In this document: piece after piece, positions 23,233 to 27,979 of the stretch
How positions within the stretch are numbered: position 1 is the stretch's first letter
Layout of the letters: every line of letters starts with the position of its first letter
NCBI GenBank assembly: GCA_964634925.1
Contig: CAZWKO010000001.1
Location: forward strand, 1-27,979
Length of the DNA stretch: 27,979 bases
Origin: an uncultured Vicinamibacteraceae bacterium
GTDB taxonomy: Bacteria; Acidobacteriota; Vicinamibacteria; Vicinamibacterales; UBA8438
Reading direction: 5' to 3'
Notes under the pieces: generated by a model
The model's input: only the letters and a program-made list of their open reading frames with translations
Databases searched by the model: none
What the model was told of the DNA's origin: nothing
Program-made: the position numbers and the translations under genes

Positions 23233-25317
23233 CTATTTGGCCAGCGGATCAGGGCGTATTTGGAATTTCACAGACTTTTGGAGCGTGCCAGGGCCTCCCT
23301 CCAAGTGCCATGCCGCATAATTCGAGTAGCTAGACCAAAGCCCCTTTCCCTTCCATCCTGCACTTGGGTCATCAATACGCCCAACCGAGGACCGGGAAAA
23401 GAATCCCATCGGGTACGGCACTCGCAATGTGACAAATTCCTGAGTCTCTGGGACGAAGACCTCTAGCGAATCAGTATTCACCACTCCGTACACAGGTGTT
23501 TCAGGTCCTAAACCCAACACGTCATGGTGGTCGATCTGCGTCAGGTAACTCTCATCAGAATTAATCGGCGTCTCCGCATTTGCATAGGTAGGCTTGTCCA
23601 TCCGGTAGAACGACCAACCTTCCGGACAGCTTTGGCCTGTCGCTTCAGGACCATTTGTGACTGTGCATACACTTCGGTCAAAGGACGCGAAATGGCCACT
23701 ACCCCGCCAATCCTGCCAAACAAGTCCGTCACTCGTAATGTGCAAACCTCCACTGCCATACGGAGATGGATTTTGAATACTCGGAGGAGGCATATAGACC
23801 TCTGCGATACATGACTCTGGTGGATTGTCTCCAAGCTGGAGACGCATCAAGGTATTGTCATCGCGGCCGTTATCAGAACACCACACGGTACCGTCAGCCT
23901 TGTTGTAGGCGGGCGAGTAACATCCATAGGCGATTCGATGATCTAGTGCTGGATCAACTGACTCATCCGGTTCAGTCCATCCTTGAGAAATCACCCCATC
24001 ACCATTCGTATCCAGAACGGTTGGACACCAACCCTGTGCTGCCTCCGCGTCTTGGGTTTCCTCCCAAATCTCAACATCTATCCACCCGACACCGTCTCTA
24101 AATCCGTAATAGAACCGTTCGTCCTCACCAAGTTGATTGTGATCGGCTGAAAAACACGTGTCGATTTCGCTAAATTCTTCCGTTTCAGGGTCATACTTAA
24201 ATGCCTGTCTCGTACCACGTTCAATTGGAAAATAATCTGCGAACGCGTTCCCAGCATCAGTACAATAGATTGGCTGTTCGTCTGCGCCACGCACCCGTCC
24301 CGTCAGCCAAACTTTTCCCGCACCATCCATCGCGACGCTTCTCGGGTCAGATCGTCTCGCCCAAATCGGCTCGTCACCATAGTACGGAGAAGTCGGCGTC
24401 TCGGACAGAATAGGTGGAGCGTCCGATGGAATCGTGATGTTCGTCGCTCGATGCTCAACCGGATCCAAAACCGCGAGAATATCGCTCGGCTGCACAACCC
24501 CATAAATAAGACCATTTGCGTTCACTGTCGCGTCACGTACATCCGACGGCGTACTGTCTGTTCGACCATCCGTTTCAGTTCCCCAATCCCACAACGTTAC
24601 AACGATGTTTCTCTCGATCCCCATCGGTCGAGGAGGTATCTGTGTCGGTCCTTCACCCGATGCAATCCGATCCGTCCAATCCGCAAACATTTCTCGCTGC
24701 GGTCCGAGTCGACGATACATACCATTCATACCGGCACCCATCGGGCCCATCTGGACACGCTGGTCCCATGCATCAAAATGTGAATCAGATTCGCGCAGAA
24801 TCCCAGGAAGAATTTCGCGAGTGGCCTTATTCCCGACCTGATGGCAATTCATGCAGCCAGTTACCGAACTTCCGAGTTCCTGATGTGACAGGTCACCCTC
24901 CGGAAGCTCCATCATCGACAACCACCAAGCTGCGGGATACACCTGTGCCGCCGCGACTGCATCAGGCGCTACCACGGCATCAAGATTCAACATCTGTCCT
25001 GGCGTCCCAGCAACTCGGTCAGAATCGACAAGTCCATAACCGCGCACGAACACCTGGTACGTCGCCTCAGGCAAATCCGGAAGCACATACTGTCCGTCAT
25101 CATCAGTCGAAACAATCCGTATAAAGCGAGTCGGCAGGTCCGTTGTCTCAGCAATAACCCAGACACCCGCTTCCAGACCAGCCGCACTTGTAACAACGCC
25201 ACCGATGTCATCGGCATCGATCTGAAGCCCAGTCTGACTATCGTCTGCAGGAGCACAACTCGCCATTGCAAGAACCGCCACTGCGCCGATTAGTTTCGAT
25301 GTGACCCGTCCACTCAT
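23233..25317 (-). CDS. Lipoprotein with carboxypeptidase-regulatory-like N-domain, monoheme cytochrome c motif and Cys-rich C-terminal (propeller-like) domain
   Basis: Lipobox MAS|C. IGGVVTSAAGLEAGVWVIAET...TDDDGQYVLPDLP..YQVFVRGYGLVDS, then CMNCH, DTNGDG and C-terminal FQIRPDPLAK. GAGGAGG SD before ATG 25317 (694 aa). Confidence 0.8.
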   Translation of the reverse strand: MSGRVTSKLIGAVAVLAMASCAPADDSQTGLQIDADDIGGVVTSAAGLEAGVWVIAETTDLPTRFIRIVSTDDDGQYVLPDLPEATYQVFVRGYGLVDSDRVAGTPGQMLNLDAVVAPDAVAAAQVYPAAWWLSMMELPEGDLSHQELGSSVTGCMNCHQVGNKATREILPGILRESDSHFDAWDQRVQMGPMGAGMNGMYRRLGPQREMFADWTDRIASGEGPTQIPPRPMGIERNIVVTLWDWGTETDGRTDSTPSDVRDATVNANGLIYGVVQPSDILAVLDPVEHRATNITIPSDAPPILSETPTSPYYGDEPIWARRSDPRSVAMDGAGKVWLTGRVRGADEQPIYCTDAGNAFADYFPIERGTRQAFKYDPETEEFSEIDTCFSADHNQLGEDERFYYGFRDGVGWIDVEIWEETQDAEAAQGWCPTVLDTNGDGVISQGWTEPDESVDPALDHRIAYGCYSPAYNKADGTVWCSDNGRDDNTLMRLQLGDNPPESCIAEVYMPPPSIQNPSPYGSGGLHITSDGLVWQDWRGSGHFASFDRSVCTVTNGPEATGQSCPEGWSFYRMDKPTYANAETPINSDESYLTQIDHHDVLGLGPETPVYGVVNTDSLEVFVPETQEFVTLRVPYPMGFFSRSSVGRIDDPSAGWKGKGLWSSYSNYAAWHLEGGPGTLQKSVKFQIRPDPLAK

Positions 25318-25539
25318 GGTTCCTCCTCGCGACATTCCCGAATGAAGCCTGTAGCTTATTCTCAGAAAGTTGAGCATTTCACATGGCATCAGAGTACACA
25401 AGCCTTCCCACACCCAAACACCCCTCCAAACTTAGCTATCGACCCTCGGTGCACGAAAATTCTATGATCTTGAGCCGTGTAATCTCGTAGGCGCGTCAAA
25501 CCATAAACATTAAGTCAGACAGATTCGGGAGATACAAAC

Positions 25540-26883
25540 ATGCGGACTCGTGAAACACTCAGCTTCTATATAGGCGGAATCTTCCTTTTACAAATGCTGA
25601 TTCTGCCGAGTAGTGCGGTTGGCCAACACTGGCCACAGTTCCGTGGCCCTGATGCAAGTGGCGTCGTCGCAGACAACCAAGAACTTCCCGAAACCTGGTC
25701 TCGCTCGAACAACGTGGCTTGGAGGACCGAAATCCCTGGCCTTGGATGGAGTTCGCCGGTCATTACGAATGACCTCATTGTGTTCACAACCGTCGTGAGT
25801 GATGGGGACGTGGAATTTCCAGAGGGCGGTTGGTATGGCGGAGGCGAACGAGACGTACCAGGAGACATCCACCACTGGGTCGTTTACGCGCTCGATCTGG
25901 AAACCGGCAGCACTCGTTGGACGACAGAAATCCATGCTGGCGTACCCGAGTCATCACATCATGTAAAAAATACCTTTGCCTCAGAAACGCCGGTGACAGA
26001 CGGCGAACGGTTGTATGTGACTTTTGGCAATGTCGGGATCTACGCGCTCGACTTATCAGGCACGGTCCTCTGGTCGCGTGACTTACCAGCATTACAAACA
26101 CGAAACGGCTGGGGAACAGCTGGGTCTCCGGTCATCCATGATGGCCGACTTTACATGGTTGTGGATAATGAGGAACAGTCATACATTGCCGCGCTGAGCA
26201 GCGAAACCGGCGCAGAGGTATGGCGCACCGACCGAGACGAAGGCTCAAATTGGGCCACTCCATACATTTGGGAGCACGAGCAACGGACAGAGATCGTCAC
26301 CCTCGGTACCGATAAGGTCCGTTCCTACGACCTCGACGGCAACCTACTTTGGGAATTGTCTGGTATGTCGTCAATCGTGATTCCAACTCCTATCACCGCA
26401 CACGGCTTGCTTTACATAGAGTCAGGGTACATTGGAGATTTTTTCAGACCGGTCTATGCAATCCGTCCCGGAGCATCAGGCGACATTTCTCTTGCTGATG
26501 GCACCTCTTCAAATAACTACGTTGCGTGGTCACTTGACCAAGGTGGCTCCTATCACCCATCGCCACTGGTGTACGGTGATTATTACTACACACTCCTCGA
26601 TCGCGGCATGTTGACGGCCCACAACGCACGTACTGGAGAAGAAATCTATGGCCGACAGCGGATCACGGTCGGAGAAGGGTTTACAGCATCTCCATGGGCC
26701 TACAACGGAAAGATTTTTGCATTAAGCGAACGTGGGACGACCTACGTGATTGAGGCAGGACCTGAATTTCAAGTGATCGGAGAAAATGAACTCGACGAGT
26801 TTACGATGGCCACGCCGGCCGTCCTTAACGACAGCCTCATTATTCGAACAAGTGAGGCGGTCTACCGTATCGCCAATCAATAA
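25540..26883 (+). CDS. Exported PQQ-binding-like (PQQ_2/BamB-like) beta-propeller repeat protein
   Basis: 447 aa. HWPQFRGP, VAWRTEIPGLGWSSPV, ASETPVTDG, GTAGSPV, repeated G..LW docking motifs and FTASP. Signal ending AVG|Q. GGGAG SD. It lacks the HHxLWDYD dehydrogenase motif. Confidence 0.85.
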   Translation: MRTRETLSFYIGGIFLLQMLILPSSAVGQHWPQFRGPDASGVVADNQELPETWSRSNNVAWRTEIPGLGWSSPVITNDLIVFTTVVSDGDVEFPEGGWYGGGERDVPGDIHHWVVYALDLETGSTRWTTEIHAGVPESSHHVKNTFASETPVTDGERLYVTFGNVGIYALDLSGTVLWSRDLPALQTRNGWGTAGSPVIHDGRLYMVVDNEEQSYIAALSSETGAEVWRTDRDEGSNWATPYIWEHEQRTEIVTLGTDKVRSYDLDGNLLWELSGMSSIVIPTPITAHGLLYIESGYIGDFFRPVYAIRPGASGDISLADGTSSNNYVAWSLDQGGSYHPSPLVYGDYYYTLLDRGMLTAHNARTGEEIYGRQRITVGEGFTASPWAYNGKIFALSERGTTYVIEAGPEFQVIGENELDEFTMATPAVLNDSLIIRTSEAVYRIANQ

Positions 26884-26884
26884 A

Positions 26885-27850
26885 TTAGGAACGTGAAAAG
26901 ATCAGGATCTCGTCAGCAACAGCAACAAATATCAGTTCGTCATTGACCGCCATGGCACCGGCAAATGTTCCTACGTTGTGACTCGCGACTCGGACCGGCT
27001 GTATTGGGTCTGATAGATCAAAAACCTCCAGGGCTGCCTCACTGAGAACAAACACTTCCTGCTCGCGAAGAACAACACCTCTTGGTTGGCCACTAGTTGG
27101 AACTTGGGCCGTAATTGTGGGAACAGTCGGGTCCGACACATCCACAACTTGCAGACCGTCACGTCCACTCGCGACACAGATGACTGTAGGAACCGCCAGA
27201 CCTGGGAGCCATTGCGGAACGAAAACACGAGAGCGAGTACCGCCGAGCGGTAGTTGGCCAATGGGCTCTGGGCTTTCGGGTGTCGTGATATCGAAAACGA
27301 TCAATCCTTCCGGCTGATCAACGAGGTAAACAAAATTACCCGCCGCGGCAATACTGCGAGGAAAACCAATCGCTAAATACTCCCCGACTCGCGCGACGTC
27401 ATTAATGACGCGCACAACATCAAACCCAACAGAATTGTCTGCCACGAATGCATGAGGCCCAATAACGGCAATCGCATTCGCCTGTCCACGGGTGGGCGAA
27501 CCCCCGCTGACAACCGGCACAAACGGATTTGACACATCAAGTCTTTGAAATCCTTCATGCCCATTCGCGACATAGACCGCATCTCGGTTCATAGCCAAAC
27601 CAAGGATGTTGTCAGCAAACTCATACTGACTAATGACCGCCGGAACCTCGGGGTCTGAAATATCGAAAATTGTGAGCTTCTGGGCATCAGCCACCGCCAG
27701 TCGCGTGTCCTGCGCAACCATCTGCGTGGCACCAGCGTGAATCGTCCCACGCGACACAAACTCTGAATCTTGCGCAAAACCTGTGTTGGCCAACCCCAAT
27801 GTAACCGCCGTAAGCCAAACCACGGTAAGAACATGGACAGGAAGACGCAT
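26885..27850 (-). CDS. Exported LVIVD-repeat beta-propeller protein
   Basis: Repeats LTIFDISDP, FQRLDVSNP, LIVFDITTP, LQVVDVSDP and LEVFDLSDP. Signal ending GFA|Q from ATG 27850 (321 aa). Confidence 0.85.
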   Translation of the reverse strand: MRLPVHVLTVVWLTAVTLGLANTGFAQDSEFVSRGTIHAGATQMVAQDTRLAVADAQKLTIFDISDPEVPAVISQYEFADNILGLAMNRDAVYVANGHEGFQRLDVSNPFVPVVSGGSPTRGQANAIAVIGPHAFVADNSVGFDVVRVINDVARVGEYLAIGFPRSIAAAGNFVYLVDQPEGLIVFDITTPESPEPIGQLPLGGTRSRVFVPQWLPGLAVPTVICVASGRDGLQVVDVSDPTVPTITAQVPTSGQPRGVVLREQEVFVLSEAALEVFDLSDPIQPVRVASHNVGTFAGAMAVNDELIFVAVADEILIFSRS

Positions 27851-27946
27851 ATCTCTAAGAAACAAGGGGCTCTCTAATCGACACATCTCGACCATCTTTC
27901 CTCTCTCTTGAAGTGCACATGCGCCCTAACAGACAAAGCGTTCGAA

Positions 27947-27965
27947 GAAGAATCATTGAATCTTC
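27947..27965. promoter_or_regulatory. Candidate operator: 19-bp imperfect palindrome GAAGAATCATTGAATCTTC upstream of the LVIVD gene
   Basis: 16 of 19 positions match the reverse complement, with symmetric mismatches. Confidence 0.2.
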
Positions 27966-27979
27966 ACAAATAGTTGATA

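Noticed and set aside
918-25124. Long antisense or alternative-frame ORFs (e.g. 918-1571, 16344-17087, 20602-21204, 24516-25124)
   Set aside because: They are fully or largely nested in well-supported genes and have no recognisable motifs. This is the expected shadow of GC-biased codon usage. The similar shadows in the two NHL genes follow from the duplication.
23233-25317. Carboxypeptidase or virginiamycin B lyase function
   Set aside because: No peptidase catalytic domain is present. Only the small regulatory-like sandwich and a generic propeller-like region match.
25403-25427. G-rich tract GGAGGGGTGTTTGGGTGTGGGAAGG (minus strand) as a G-quadruplex
   Set aside because: It has only three runs of three or more G. 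At best a weak two-tier structure, with no other support.
25439-25468. Sigma70 promoter TCGACC-N18-TATGAT for the PQQ-like propeller
   Set aside because: Plausible, but the -35 is weak and the spacing suboptimal. It is not distinguishable from chance without TSS data.
25540-26883. bamB, or a third PQQ dehydrogenase
   Set aside because: No lipobox, no hisS/der gene context and no HHxLWDYD catalytic motif. It is best left as a PQQ-like propeller of unknown function.
1-27979. CRISPR arrays, tRNA/rRNA, insertion sequences, integrases, pqq biosynthesis genes
   Set aside because: None seen. All intergenic gaps are 222 nt or shorter and no ORF carries the relevant motifs.

Overview
A gene-dense 28-kb bacterial window with 19 supportable CDSs. 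One of them, a partial NHL-repeat gene at 1..887 (-), is missing from the ORF track because it runs off the left edge. I see no rRNA, tRNA, CRISPR array or mobile element. About 16 of the 19 proteins carry export signals (Sec, Tat-like or lipoprotein), about seven are beta-propellers, and four proteins hold six CxxCH heme-c motifs. No transporter or regulator is present. The main structure is two diverged copies of the same uncharacterised four-gene set: a diheme DUF1592/PSD-family cytochrome, a Tat-type DUF1552 (HXXSHH) His/Cys protein, an exported ankyrin protein and a soluble PQQ dehydrogenase. Copy 1 is split across a divergent promoter and adds a class II cytochrome c. Copy 2 is collinear, is preceded by a heme-c/propeller lipoprotein, and is followed by an exported VOC protein and a serine hydrolase. 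I infer an undescribed periplasmic oxidation and electron-transfer system. Secondary signals: Gln at +1 after 12 of 14 predicted signal-peptidase-I sites (Q-rule-like), tandem PAL-like NHL paralogues that differ at catalytic-equivalent positions, a strand-asymmetric ~90-nt RNA structure, and a perfect GTTC-N7-GTTC box. The gene repertoire resembles Acidobacteriota (Vicinamibacteria-like), but that is inference. All family assignments come from motif recognition by eye; no searches were run.
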